Below are positions 9,651 to 18,730 of a DNA stretch of 45,524 nucleotides, piece after piece (within the stretch, counting starts at the first letter, position 1; each line of letters opens with the position of its first letter). The notes under the pieces are model-generated. The model made no database searches, was not told the origin of the DNA, and saw only the letters and a list, made by a program, of their open reading frames with translations. The stretch comes from Acidobacteriota bacterium. Lineage in GTDB: Bacteria; Acidobacteriota; Polarisedimenticolia; Gp22-AA2; AA152. The stretch spans positions 1 to 45,524 of the forward strand of contig QHVQ01000009.1 in assembly GCA_003222305.1 (NCBI GenBank), in the 5' to 3' direction. Both the position numbers and the translations under genes were made by a program.

Positions 9651-9678
9651 TCCCGAGGCTGGCGATCAGGAGCCTTTC

Positions 9679-10173
9679 ATGGAAACCAGGCAGGCCCAGG
9701 GCACGAACGAAATGGACTTTGCCCGGGGCCTGTTTCGGGAGTATCAAGCGGAGTTGGGCATCGACCTCTGCTTCCAGGGTTTTGAGCGGGAACTGGCCAG
9801 TCTCCCGGGCGACTACGCGCCGCCCAACGGCCGGCTCCTGCTCTCCTGGGTGGAAGGCAGCCTGGCGGGGTGCGTCGCGCTGCGAAGGATTGACCAAGCC
9901 ATCTGTGAGATGAAGCGCCTTTACTTGCGTCCGGGGTTCCGTGGACAAGGCCGCGGTCGACACTTGACCCTCTCCTTGATCCAGGAAGCTCGTAGCATCG
10001 GCTATCAAAAAATGCGGCTCGACACACTCTCCGTCATGAAGGCGGCAGTCGCACTCTATCGCTCTCTGGGCTTTGGTCCCATCCCTGCCTACCGTCAGAA
10101 TCCCATCGAAGGTACCCTCTATCTGGAGCTGGACTTGTTCCTTCCGGTGGAGCCCGCTCCTCCCTCTGGCTAG
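9679..10173 (+). CDS. GNAT family N-acetyltransferase
   Basis: CEMKRLYLRPGFRGQGRG acetyl-CoA motif; AVALYRSLGF. Confidence 0.9.
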   Translation: METRQAQGTNEMDFARGLFREYQAELGIDLCFQGFERELASLPGDYAPPNGRLLLSWVEGSLAGCVALRRIDQAICEMKRLYLRPGFRGQGRGRHLTLSLIQEARSIGYQKMRLDTLSVMKAAVALYRSLGFGPIPAYRQNPIEGTLYLELDLFLPVEPAPPSG

Positions 10174-10287
10174 CGTTTCTCCATCGTTGTGTCCGGCGAC
10201 CCCATTGAATTCTTGGGAAGGTTGTGGTCTCCTTCTCCCGCTTTCCCAGGATCCCTTTCTCGGAGTCTCTCCCTGCCGGAGGTCGCC

Positions 10288-11325
10288 ATGACCCGCCCCC
10301 ATAAGCGCTATCAGCGTCCCGGGACCTCGCCCGGAATCCTTCGGCCTCCTGACGTCTCCCGCGTCGCTCAGGTTTCCATCCGGGTGATGGATTACAACTC
10401 CGAATCGCTGGAGGAGCACGAAGTGGCGGCGCTGGAGGAATGCTTCGACTTCCGGGACCGTCCCACGGTCACCTGGATCGATGTGTGTGGCTTGCAGAAT
10501 ATGGATCTGCTTCAGAAACTCGGGAGCCACTTCGGACTTCACCCGCTCGCTTTGGAAGATGTAGTTAACGAGCACTGCTTCATCGTGATGAAAGAGTTGC
10601 GGCTGGCTGGCGGGGTGGAGGCCGACCAGATTAGCCTCTTCCTGGGGAAGGGATGGGTCATCACCCTCCAGGAATCCCCCGCCGATCCCTTCGAGCCGGT
10701 GCGAGAGAGGATCCGCCGCGGGAAGGGGCGAATCCGGAAGATGGGAGCCGACTATCTCGCCTACGCCCTCATCGACGCCCTGGTGGACGGCGTCTTCCCC
10801 ATGCTGGAGCAGCTTGGCGAGCGGCTCGAGGATCTGGAAAGGGACCTGGTGGGAAATCCCGGCCGGAAAACGCTGCAGGGAATTCACTCTCTCAGGAGGG
10901 AGCTCCTCTATCTCCGTCGCGCCGCCTGGCCCCAGCGGGAGGTGATCCACGCGCTCCAGCGGGAGGAGTCCCCCTTGGTCCAGCCCGATACGCGCATCTA
11001 CCTGAGGGACTGTTACGACCACACCATCCAGATCCTGGATCTGGTGGAGACCTACCGGGACCTGGCGGCCGGAATGCTGGAAGTGTATCTCTCGAGCATC
11101 AGCAATCGGCTCAACGAGATTATGAAGGTTCTCACCGTCATGGCAACCATCTTCATTCCGCTCACCTTCCTGACGGGTCTCTATGGCATGAACTTCAGCA
11201 CCGCCGCAAGTCCTTGGAACATGCCAGAGCTGAACTGGTACTGGGGCTACCCGGCTCTCCTACTGCTCATGCTCGGAGTGGCAGGTCTGATGCTCGCCTA
11301 TTTCCGGAAGAAGCGCTGGCTCTAG
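10288..11325 (+). CDS. corA: Magnesium/cobalt transporter CorA with an apparent internal in-frame deletion
   Basis: HPLALED, YGMNF and MPEL signatures; two C-terminal TM helices; SD GGAGG before ATG 10288. Confidence 0.92.
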   Translation: MTRPHKRYQRPGTSPGILRPPDVSRVAQVSIRVMDYNSESLEEHEVAALEECFDFRDRPTVTWIDVCGLQNMDLLQKLGSHFGLHPLALEDVVNEHCFIVMKELRLAGGVEADQISLFLGKGWVITLQESPADPFEPVRERIRRGKGRIRKMGADYLAYALIDALVDGVFPMLEQLGERLEDLERDLVGNPGRKTLQGIHSLRRELLYLRRAAWPQREVIHALQREESPLVQPDTRIYLRDCYDHTIQILDLVETYRDLAAGMLEVYLSSISNRLNEIMKVLTVMATIFIPLTFLTGLYGMNFSTAASPWNMPELNWYWGYPALLLLMLGVAGLMLAYFRKKRWL

Positions 11326-11349
11326 AAATCTCCCGCAGAGTCGGTCCGC

Positions 11350-12333
11350 TCAGCGCTTTCCCATCTCGAACTCTTCAGCCAGCGAAACCTCCCTGGGACT
11401 GCCGATGTACAGGGGGACTCGCTGGTGGATTTCCGTTGGCTGGACTTCCAGGATGGGAGCCAACCCCGTGGAGGCCTTTCCCCCGGCCTGCTCCACGACC
11501 ATAGCCAGAGGAGCACATTCGTAGAGTAGGCGCAGCTTGCCATGGGCCTTTTTCGGATCTCGGGTATCGGCAGGATAAAGATAGATTCCACCCTCGAGAA
11601 GAATCCGATGCACGTCGGTGACTAGGCATCCGCTGTACCGCGTCGAATAGGGCCGCCCATCCACCCTATCGGGTGTCTGCAGGAAATCCAGGAGCCTCCG
11701 GGTGGAGAGATGATAGTACGTCCGTTGACCCTCATTGGTAGCGTAGAGCTTCCCCTTCTCGGGAATCCGCAACCCCTGCGCCGAGAGAATGAAATCTTCG
11801 CTCTCGGGATCCAGGCAGAAGAGGTGGGCGCCCGAGCCAGTGGTCAGAACGAGCGTCGTGGCGGGCCCGTAATTGATATAGCAAGCTGCCGACTGGGCCG
11901 AGCCCCTCTGGAGCAGCGCTTCCCGGCGGTCCCCACCGGCGTGAGGCGCCCGCTGGATGGACACGATGGAACCCACGCTGCCACCCGTGTCCACGCTGGA
12001 GGATCCATCGAGCGGATCGAAGAGGACGCTGTAAGGAGCTCCGGAGCGGAGGGCAAGCGGCTCCTCCATCTCCTCGGAGGCCACCCACGCGACATCTCCC
12101 GCCATGCTGAAGGCCTCCACCAGGATTTGGTTGGCAATGACGTCCATCTTCTTGACCGCTTCTCCCTGCACATTGATGTCTCCCGTAGCGCCTGTCTCAC
12201 CCGAGAGCCCTGCCCGTCGCAGCTCCCGGGAGATTCGCACGCCGCCCCGTGCAGCGGTCAGAAGCACCCGGGTCAGGTCAACCTGGACACTCGCCCCTTT
12301 GAGAAACCCAGAGAGATCGGTACGCGACGTCAT
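11350..12333 (-). CDS. fbp: Fructose-1,6-bisphosphatase class I
   Basis: SEE, FDPLDGSS, RYSGCLVTDVHR, GKLRLLYECAP. Confidence 0.95.
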   Translation of the reverse strand: MTSRTDLSGFLKGASVQVDLTRVLLTAARGGVRISRELRRAGLSGETGATGDINVQGEAVKKMDVIANQILVEAFSMAGDVAWVASEEMEEPLALRSGAPYSVLFDPLDGSSSVDTGGSVGSIVSIQRAPHAGGDRREALLQRGSAQSAACYINYGPATTLVLTTGSGAHLFCLDPESEDFILSAQGLRIPEKGKLYATNEGQRTYYHLSTRRLLDFLQTPDRVDGRPYSTRYSGCLVTDVHRILLEGGIYLYPADTRDPKKAHGKLRLLYECAPLAMVVEQAGGKASTGLAPILEVQPTEIHQRVPLYIGSPREVSLAEEFEMGKR

Positions 12334-12360
12334 CGACAGACTCCGTAGTTGGCGGTTGCT

Positions 12361-13761
12361 TCACACCAGGTTCTGCTGCGGCGGGCGCTCCAGGTGCCAC
12401 GAGGTCTTGGACTGGTAAGCCTTCGCCACGGCCAGAATCCTGTTTTCTTCGCCTGCACGCCCCACGAACTGGATGCCCAGCGGCAGCCTCCCGGCGCCGA
12501 AGCCCATGGGGACCGAGACTGCCGGGACGCCGCAGCAGTTTCCGGCGCCCCCCAGTGGATCGTCGCCCGCGAAGACCTCCTCGAGGTTGGCTTCCAGTGG
12601 GGAGGCCACTCCCGGCAGCGTCGGGGCCACGAGGGCGTCGACTCCAGCGAACACCTGGTCCAGCGCCTTCTGGAGCTTCCCTCGCAGCCGCAGAGCCCGC
12701 AGATAATCTCGAGCATAGACCATGCTGCTCGAGTAACCGCCCAGCTTCGACCCAGGATCGGCGAGCTCCGACACGCGGCCTGATTCGATGAGGTCCTCGA
12801 AGGCGCTGGCCACTTCCGCCACGATGAGGGTGCCCGCCGTAGCACCGAAGGGAAGGTCGGGAAGCGTGACATCCTTCAGCGTTGCGAACTGTCCCAGTGT
12901 TTGGAGTGCCGCGCCGAAGGCGTCAGGCACTTCCGGCTCGGTTTTCTCCCATGCCTGTTTCACGACGCCGAGCCGAAACTTCCCATGCTTCGCCGCAGGG
13001 AGGTACTTCCAGGGATGCGGGAGAGTGGCCGGGTCCGCTGGATCGGGACCCGCGATTTCCGAAAGGACTGCTCCACAGTCTTCCACGCTACGGGCCAGGA
13101 CGCCAATCTTGTCCATGGTCCACGACAGCGCCATGGCTCCGTGCCGGCTCACGCGGCCGTAGGTGGGACGGATCCCGGAGATGCCGCACATGGACGACGG
13201 GGTGGTGATGGAACCCCAAGTCTCGGTTCCCAGGGCGAATCCCACCATGCCGCCGGAGACGGCCACGCCCGACCCGCTGGAGGAGCCACCGCTCCACCGC
13301 CCCGGGTCCCAGGGGTTCTTTCCCGCACCCGTGAGCGAAGCGGCCGCGTACCGGTATCCCATCCCTCCCGCCAGCTCTACCATGGCGAGCTTTCCCAGGA
13401 GTATGGCTCCCGCTTCCTCGAGCTTCTGAATCACGGAAGCGTCGTAGGTGAATACCTGATCCTTGTAGGGAGTGGCCCCCCAGGTGGTGGGGATTCCCCG
13501 GGTGGCCAGCAGGTCCTTCGCCCCGAAAGGTACGCCATGAATCGGCGAGCGGACCCTCCCCGCGCGGATCTCCTTCTCCGCCCTGTGGGCTTGTTGCAGC
13601 GCCAGATCTCGAGTGATGGTGACTACGGCGCCGAGCTTCTTGCCGGGGCCCTCGAGCCTTTCCAGATATGCCTCGGTCAGATCCACAGGAGAGATTTTCC
13701 GAGCGCGAATCTTTTCGTGGAGCTCTTTGACCGACGCGAAAAGCAGCGCCTCGTCAAGCAT
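12361..13761 (-). CDS. Amidase-signature enzyme (GatA/AtzE-like)
   Basis: Lys-cisSer-Ser triad motifs GAKD, GGSSSGS and GTETWGSI; no signal peptide. Confidence 0.9.
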   Translation of the reverse strand: MLDEALLFASVKELHEKIRARKISPVDLTEAYLERLEGPGKKLGAVVTITRDLALQQAHRAEKEIRAGRVRSPIHGVPFGAKDLLATRGIPTTWGATPYKDQVFTYDASVIQKLEEAGAILLGKLAMVELAGGMGYRYAAASLTGAGKNPWDPGRWSGGSSSGSGVAVSGGMVGFALGTETWGSITTPSSMCGISGIRPTYGRVSRHGAMALSWTMDKIGVLARSVEDCGAVLSEIAGPDPADPATLPHPWKYLPAAKHGKFRLGVVKQAWEKTEPEVPDAFGAALQTLGQFATLKDVTLPDLPFGATAGTLIVAEVASAFEDLIESGRVSELADPGSKLGGYSSSMVYARDYLRALRLRGKLQKALDQVFAGVDALVAPTLPGVASPLEANLEEVFAGDDPLGGAGNCCGVPAVSVPMGFGAGRLPLGIQFVGRAGEENRILAVAKAYQSKTSWHLERPPQQNLV

Positions 13762-14119
13762 GGTCCCCTCTCCAAGCCCGGAAGATGAAAGCCGGTTCCT
13801 CGGTATTATCCAGTGGCACCTTGCGCAATGCGGCGGCGGATTTCAGCCCTCCGTCGAGGGATCGCGTGATCTCTTTCATCGCCGCGTCGTCCAGGCGAGG
13901 GCCGTAGCGCAGCTTCACGATTTCGGCCAACGCCTGCGCTTCCGGCGAAGGAGCCGGCGGTGCTTGGGAGGCCGGCTTCGTCTCCTGCTCGGCTCCGCCG
14001 GACTTCTGATCCGGGGCCGCGACGAGGATCAAGCTCGGCACGAGCGACAACCCGGCCGCGGTGGCTGCCACCCTTCCGAAGTCGCGGCGCGAAAGAGGCG
14101 TTTTTCCCAAGTATCCCAT
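13754..14119 (-). CDS. Small Tat-signal protein, GatC/AtzG-like amidase partner
   Basis: SRRDF twin-arginine motif and hydrophobic region; helical C-terminal part ending NTEEPAFIF; overlaps the amidase start by 8 nt. Confidence 0.7.
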   Translation of the reverse strand: MGYLGKTPLSRRDFGRVAATAAGLSLVPSLILVAAPDQKSGGAEQETKPASQAPPAPSPEAQALAEIVKLRYGPRLDDAAMKEITRSLDGGLKSAAALRKVPLDNTEEPAFIFRAWRGDHA

Positions 14120-14215
14120 CGCGGGTACTCCTCAGAATGAATCGACCGACACAGATTCCCGGAGGTACGAGGGCGCCATCTTACCAGAACGACAGGACCC
14201 AATGCCTTTCCCGGC

Positions 14216-17083
14216 TTGGCGGCTTCTGGTAGCATCGGCCCGGGCAAATTCTCGAAGGGCCGCGCGCCCGAGGTCCCGGGAGCCAGCGCGTTGATCGTCT
14301 TCCTACTCTCCCACCGTACCGCCGCGATCTCGTGTCTCCTGCTCATCACCCTGCTCTCGTGCGGGTTCGTCGGATTGCTTCATGTCGATCCGGGGGTCGA
14401 GTCGCTGCTTCCAGCGGAAGGAAAGAACTTGCGTGTCCTTCGCGAATTCAACGCCACTTTCGCTTCCGACGAAATCATCGTGTTGGCGCTGCATTCCCCG
14501 CGGCTCTTCTCGACGGAGGGACTGAAGCGGCTGGACGGTCTGACCCGCGAAGCCGAGAGACTTCCCAACGTGACGAGGGTCCTCTCCCCGACCAACGCGA
14601 AGGATTTGGAGGGAGACGCTCTGGGGCCCTTTCCCCTGGTCCCCTACGAAAGAGTCGCGAAGGGAGAATGGTCTCCCGAGGAGCTGGGCCGACGACTCGC
14701 GGCCCATCCCCTCTTCGGCGGGCTGCTGGTCTCCTCCGACGCCTCGACCGCGGCGATCCTGATCGAGGTGAGGCGCCTGGAAGGGAATCCCAAGTACCGG
14801 GCTCGGCTGGTGGCGCAGATCCGACAGCTGGCTGCCGCCGGCGCCGCGGGAATGGAGGTTCATGTGGCCGGCATTCCTGTGGAAAAAGTGGACGTAGCCG
14901 ATTACGTGAAGCGCGAGCAGCGGATCTTCGCGCCCCTCATCTTCGGTCTGCTGGCCCTGGTCACCCTCCTGCTCTATCGGCATCCTGCAGGAATGTTGGT
15001 CCCCCTGGGTGTCGTGGCCGCCTCGCTGGTCTGGACGCTCGGTCTGTATGCGGCCGCGGGCCGTCCCTTGAACCCGGTCACCTCGCTCATCACGCCGGTG
15101 GTCCTGGTCGTTTCGGTGGCCGGGAGCATCCATTTCCTGAATCATTATCTCGGAGCCCGCGCCGAGGGACTCTGGCGAGAACCGGCCCTCGAACGGGCGT
15201 TCCGCGTAACCAGGGTTCCCTGCTTCAACGCCGCCTTCACGACCGCCATCGGTTTCGGCTCGCTGCTGGTGCTCCCCATCCCGGCCATTCGGGACTTCGG
15301 GATGTTCACCGCCGCGGGGGTGATGATTTCCTATTTGCTGACCATGGCCCTTACTCCTCTCCTGATTTCCTTGCTCCCGGATTTCCCTCCCCGAGTCACC
15401 CGCAAATTCAAGAGCGGGCCCATCGAGCGGGCCCTGCGTGCAACCATCCGAATCACCTGCCGGCATCCCCTCCTCGCCACCGCGGCCGCCGTGGCCGTGC
15501 TGACCGTCTCCGCGCTGGGCCTGTCCCGGATTCACACGGAAACGGATCTCATCCGGTCCCTCCGGCGCGACAGCCCACTCGCCCGGGCCACCCGGTTCAT
15601 CGACAGTCACCTGACCGGGGTGAATTCCCTAGAGATTCTCGTCCGCGGCGTTCCCCTCGACGATCCGGCGGCCCTGGCGAGGGTGGCCAGCTTCGAGGAG
15701 AAGGTCCGGAGCATGCCCGGCGTCCGCAAGGTCACCGGTCTGCCCGATCTGGTGTCACGGGTCAATCGGGCGCTCCACGAGGGTAACGACGACTTTGCAA
15801 AGTTGCCCGAGGGGCCTGAGGCCCGCGAGGATCTGGCGGACATCGGTCGCCTCTTGAAAGAGCAGGCCCCCGCCGAGCTGGCCCGCTTCGTGGCGCCGGG
15901 CCACGGGACGCTCCGGCTTGCGGCCAGGGTAACGGCCCTCGGTTCGGCGGCCTCCCAACAGCTCTTTGCGCGCATCCGGCGCGCCTCGACCCTCGCCGGG
16001 CTGCCCGGGATCGCTCTCACAGGAAACTTCGTCGTGCTTTCCGACATGTCCACCTCCCTGGTGTCCAATCAGATGCGCGGCCTCGCGCCGGCGCTGCTCC
16101 TGATCCTCGCCGCCATGGCCGTACAGTTGCGCTCCCTCCGACTGGGGCTCCTCAGCGCCATTCCCACGGGCGCGCCCGTGCTCATGACCTACGGGCTGAT
16201 GGGTTGGCTCGGCATCCCCCTTTCGGTTTCCACCGCCATGATCGCCAGCATCACCCTCGGGATGACCGATGACAACACGATCCACCTGCTGGCTCGCTTT
16301 CGGGAGGAGTTCGCACGGGATGGCGATTATGAGATCGCCCTGGCCGCGATGATGGACACGTCAGGGCGCGCCGTGCTCTTCTCGACCCTCACGGTGGCGG
16401 CGGGTTTCTGGGTCGGTGCTTTCAGCTCCTTCCTCCCCTCGGTGCATTTCGCGGTCCTTACCGGCCTCACCCTGCTCCTCGGGCTCCTCTGCGAAGCGGT
16501 GCTCCTCCCCTTGACGCTGATTCTCTTCAGGCCGCTCGGGAAGCCCGCCCTCCCAGGCGAGGCCCCAGGAAGCCGCGCCGCTCTTGCGATCCTCGCGTGG
16601 CTGCCGATGCTTTCCTTCGCCGGAACGGCAGCCTCCGCACCCCGGGCCGAGGTGCTTCTCAGGGACCAATACGGCAGGGCCGATGGGCCTGCGCGTCACG
16701 CGGGGATTCCTCTGCTCCTGCTCTATGGACAACCTCCGGATCTCCGGGGCATGAGGTCATGGGAGGTGAGGATCCTGGAGAAAGCGGGAAGCGGCTTCCA
16801 GGTCATGCGGGCTGTGGACGCCCGAGGCGTGAAGGGGAAAAGGACCGAGGCCGAGGTGAACCATCGCCTGCAGAGAAATGTCCCGCAAGAGATTGCCGTG
16901 TTGGTGGACTGGGACGGGGAGCTGGCGAGGGCCTACGCCCTTCCTGACCGGGGGCTCACCGTGACCGTTCTGGATTCCAAGGGTAAGGCCTGCGCGACCG
17001 TTTCAGGGCCCGTGCGGGACATGACGCTCACAAGGCTGCTGGACGCGCTCGCCCAGGTGCGGGCCAAAGGGGCGTGCCCATGA
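14216..17083 (+). CDS. MMPL/RND-family transporter with an extra C-terminal thioredoxin-like domain
   Basis: Two TM-loop-5TM halves, TTAIGFGSL, GMTDDNTIH; extra C-terminal domain (LRDQYG...VLVDWDG...VLDSKG); start uncertain (14216 or 14291). Confidence 0.85.
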   Translation: MAASGSIGPGKFSKGRAPEVPGASALIVFLLSHRTAAISCLLLITLLSCGFVGLLHVDPGVESLLPAEGKNLRVLREFNATFASDEIIVLALHSPRLFSTEGLKRLDGLTREAERLPNVTRVLSPTNAKDLEGDALGPFPLVPYERVAKGEWSPEELGRRLAAHPLFGGLLVSSDASTAAILIEVRRLEGNPKYRARLVAQIRQLAAAGAAGMEVHVAGIPVEKVDVADYVKREQRIFAPLIFGLLALVTLLLYRHPAGMLVPLGVVAASLVWTLGLYAAAGRPLNPVTSLITPVVLVVSVAGSIHFLNHYLGARAEGLWREPALERAFRVTRVPCFNAAFTTAIGFGSLLVLPIPAIRDFGMFTAAGVMISYLLTMALTPLLISLLPDFPPRVTRKFKSGPIERALRATIRITCRHPLLATAAAVAVLTVSALGLSRIHTETDLIRSLRRDSPLARATRFIDSHLTGVNSLEILVRGVPLDDPAALARVASFEEKVRSMPGVRKVTGLPDLVSRVNRALHEGNDDFAKLPEGPEAREDLADIGRLLKEQAPAELARFVAPGHGTLRLAARVTALGSAASQQLFARIRRASTLAGLPGIALTGNFVVLSDMSTSLVSNQMRGLAPALLLILAAMAVQLRSLRLGLLSAIPTGAPVLMTYGLMGWLGIPLSVSTAMIASITLGMTDDNTIHLLARFREEFARDGDYEIALAAMMDTSGRAVLFSTLTVAAGFWVGAFSSFLPSVHFAVLTGLTLLLGLLCEAVLLPLTLILFRPLGKPALPGEAPGSRAALAILAWLPMLSFAGTAASAPRAEVLLRDQYGRADGPARHAGIPLLLLYGQPPDLRGMRSWEVRILEKAGSGFQVMRAVDARGVKGKRTEAEVNHRLQRNVPQEIAVLVDWDGELARAYALPDRGLTVTVLDSKGKACATVSGPVRDMTLTRLLDALAQVRAKGACP

Positions 17084-18615
17084 AGATCCTGCTCGTCGCC
17101 ATGCCCGACTCCGCCTCCTGCTTCGACCACATCATGGAGCTCCCGAACCTGGCCCTGTGCTGCCTCGCCGGAAACCTGGAGGGCCTCCATGAAGTGCGGA
17201 TTCTGGATCTCGTGAAGCACCGCCGGGTGGCCGCCCAGGCGCTCGAGCGCCAGATGCGTGAGTTCTCCCCGGATCTCGTGGGCATCTCCGCCATGTCCTT
17301 TCAGATCGGCTCAGCGCGCAAGACGGCGGCGGTCTGCAAGGCCATCAAGCCCGACGTCCTCACCGTTCTGGGGGGCTACCACGCCACCATCATGTGGAAG
17401 GAGATCGGGGAAGGCTATGATCGGAATCTCTTCGATTATGTAGTTCGTGGCGAGGGAGAGACGATTTTCAACTCCCTGGTGAAGACGGTCCACTCGCACG
17501 GAGACCTTGATCGAATCTCCGGCCTTTCGTACCGCAGGGGCGGCGAGTACCGACATAATCCGCCGGCTCCCCTGCTGAATCTGGAGGGGGTGCGGCCGCC
17601 GCAGCGAAGCGGTCGAGTCTCGGGCAACTTTCTTTGGATGGGTCGCCCGTTCGACGTCTCCGAGACCAGCCGCGGATGTACCATGCCCTGTGGCTTCTGC
17701 AGCATCCGGCGGATGTACGGGAAGACCTTCCGACTCTATCCCGACGAACAGGTCGTGGCCGACCTTCGAGATGTCAAGGCCCGCGGCGGCAAGGGGGTGC
17801 TCTTCGTGGATGACAATATTACGCTGGACGGACCACGCCTCAAGAAGCTCTGCCAGCGATTCGAGCAGGAGAAGGTCAATGACCTATTCATCGTGATGCA
17901 GGCCAGTGTCTTCCCCATCGCCGCGGACCTGGAAATTGCGGAGGCCATGGCGCGGGGCGGTGTGAAGATGGTCTTCCTGGGAATCGAGAGCGGCGACGAG
18001 CGGAACCTAAGAGTTCTGGGAAAGACGAAACAGGCTCCGAAAACCCGCGCAGTGGTCCGGGCGCTCCGGGACGCGGGGATCATCGTCATCGGAGGCTTCA
18101 TCGTAGGAAACCCCGAGGATCGGGAAGAGGATGTCCGCGCCACTTACCGCTATGTGAAGAAGATTGGCGTCGATCACGGCATCGTCCAGTGCCTGACCCC
18201 TTACCCCAAGACGGAACTGAGGCGCCAGCTGCTGGAGCAAGGACTCGTGACCAACCCGGACGATTTGGATCGCTACAACGGCTTCATTCCAAACGTGCGG
18301 ACGAAGTATCTTTCGGAGAGAGACCTTGCCCGGATTATGACCGGCGCCGGCATCCGCCTCTACTGGGACCCCCAATACGTCCTGCAGAACGGCATCTGGA
18401 AGGCCTGCCCCGCTCAGGCTTTCTGGATGCTCTGGAACAACCTCAAGTACATCTTCACAGGCTACGCCGGCCGAATGTTTCTCTCCCGCCACCGCTTCGA
18501 GCCCAGCCTATCCCTCGACCTCCCGGACGACTTGCGCTCCCCTTCCTATTCCGAGATTCTCACCCCGGGCAAGGATCCTGTCTATGGTAGGGCGGCCGGG
18601 CCTCACCCCTTGTAG
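17080..18615 (+). CDS. Cobalamin-binding radical SAM protein
   Basis: N-terminal B12-binding domain (DLVGIS, LGGYHAT, VVRGEGE); ETSRGCTMPCGFC; FVDDN; GIESG; ATGA overlap with the MMPL gene. Confidence 0.92.
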   Translation: MKILLVAMPDSASCFDHIMELPNLALCCLAGNLEGLHEVRILDLVKHRRVAAQALERQMREFSPDLVGISAMSFQIGSARKTAAVCKAIKPDVLTVLGGYHATIMWKEIGEGYDRNLFDYVVRGEGETIFNSLVKTVHSHGDLDRISGLSYRRGGEYRHNPPAPLLNLEGVRPPQRSGRVSGNFLWMGRPFDVSETSRGCTMPCGFCSIRRMYGKTFRLYPDEQVVADLRDVKARGGKGVLFVDDNITLDGPRLKKLCQRFEQEKVNDLFIVMQASVFPIAADLEIAEAMARGGVKMVFLGIESGDERNLRVLGKTKQAPKTRAVVRALRDAGIIVIGGFIVGNPEDREEDVRATYRYVKKIGVDHGIVQCLTPYPKTELRRQLLEQGLVTNPDDLDRYNGFIPNVRTKYLSERDLARIMTGAGIRLYWDPQYVLQNGIWKACPAQAFWMLWNNLKYIFTGYAGRMFLSRHRFEPSLSLDLPDDLRSPSYSEILTPGKDPVYGRAAGPHPL

Positions 18616-18730
18616 CGAAGGCAGCGCCAACGCACCCGCCTCGCAACTCTCGCCCAGGGCGCCCTCATTCCTTACCCGGCTACCGACCTCGGGAGGATTC
18701 GCTGAACTCGGTCGGCAATCGATGCCCTCT

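Noticed and set aside
9607-11022. Long antisense/alternate-frame ORFs (also 14303-15610, 14332-15786, 20077-21276, 31614-32798, 35990-37237, 42674-44206)
   Set aside because: Shadows of well-supported genes, expected in high-GC DNA; no motifs
6359-12333. Calvin-cycle cluster (tkt + fbp)
   Set aside because: No RuBisCO or phosphoribulokinase in the window, and unrelated genes lie between the two
12361-13761. Calling the amidase gatA
   Set aside because: No adjacent gatB, ETWGS instead of the usual DTGGS, and the partner carries a Tat signal
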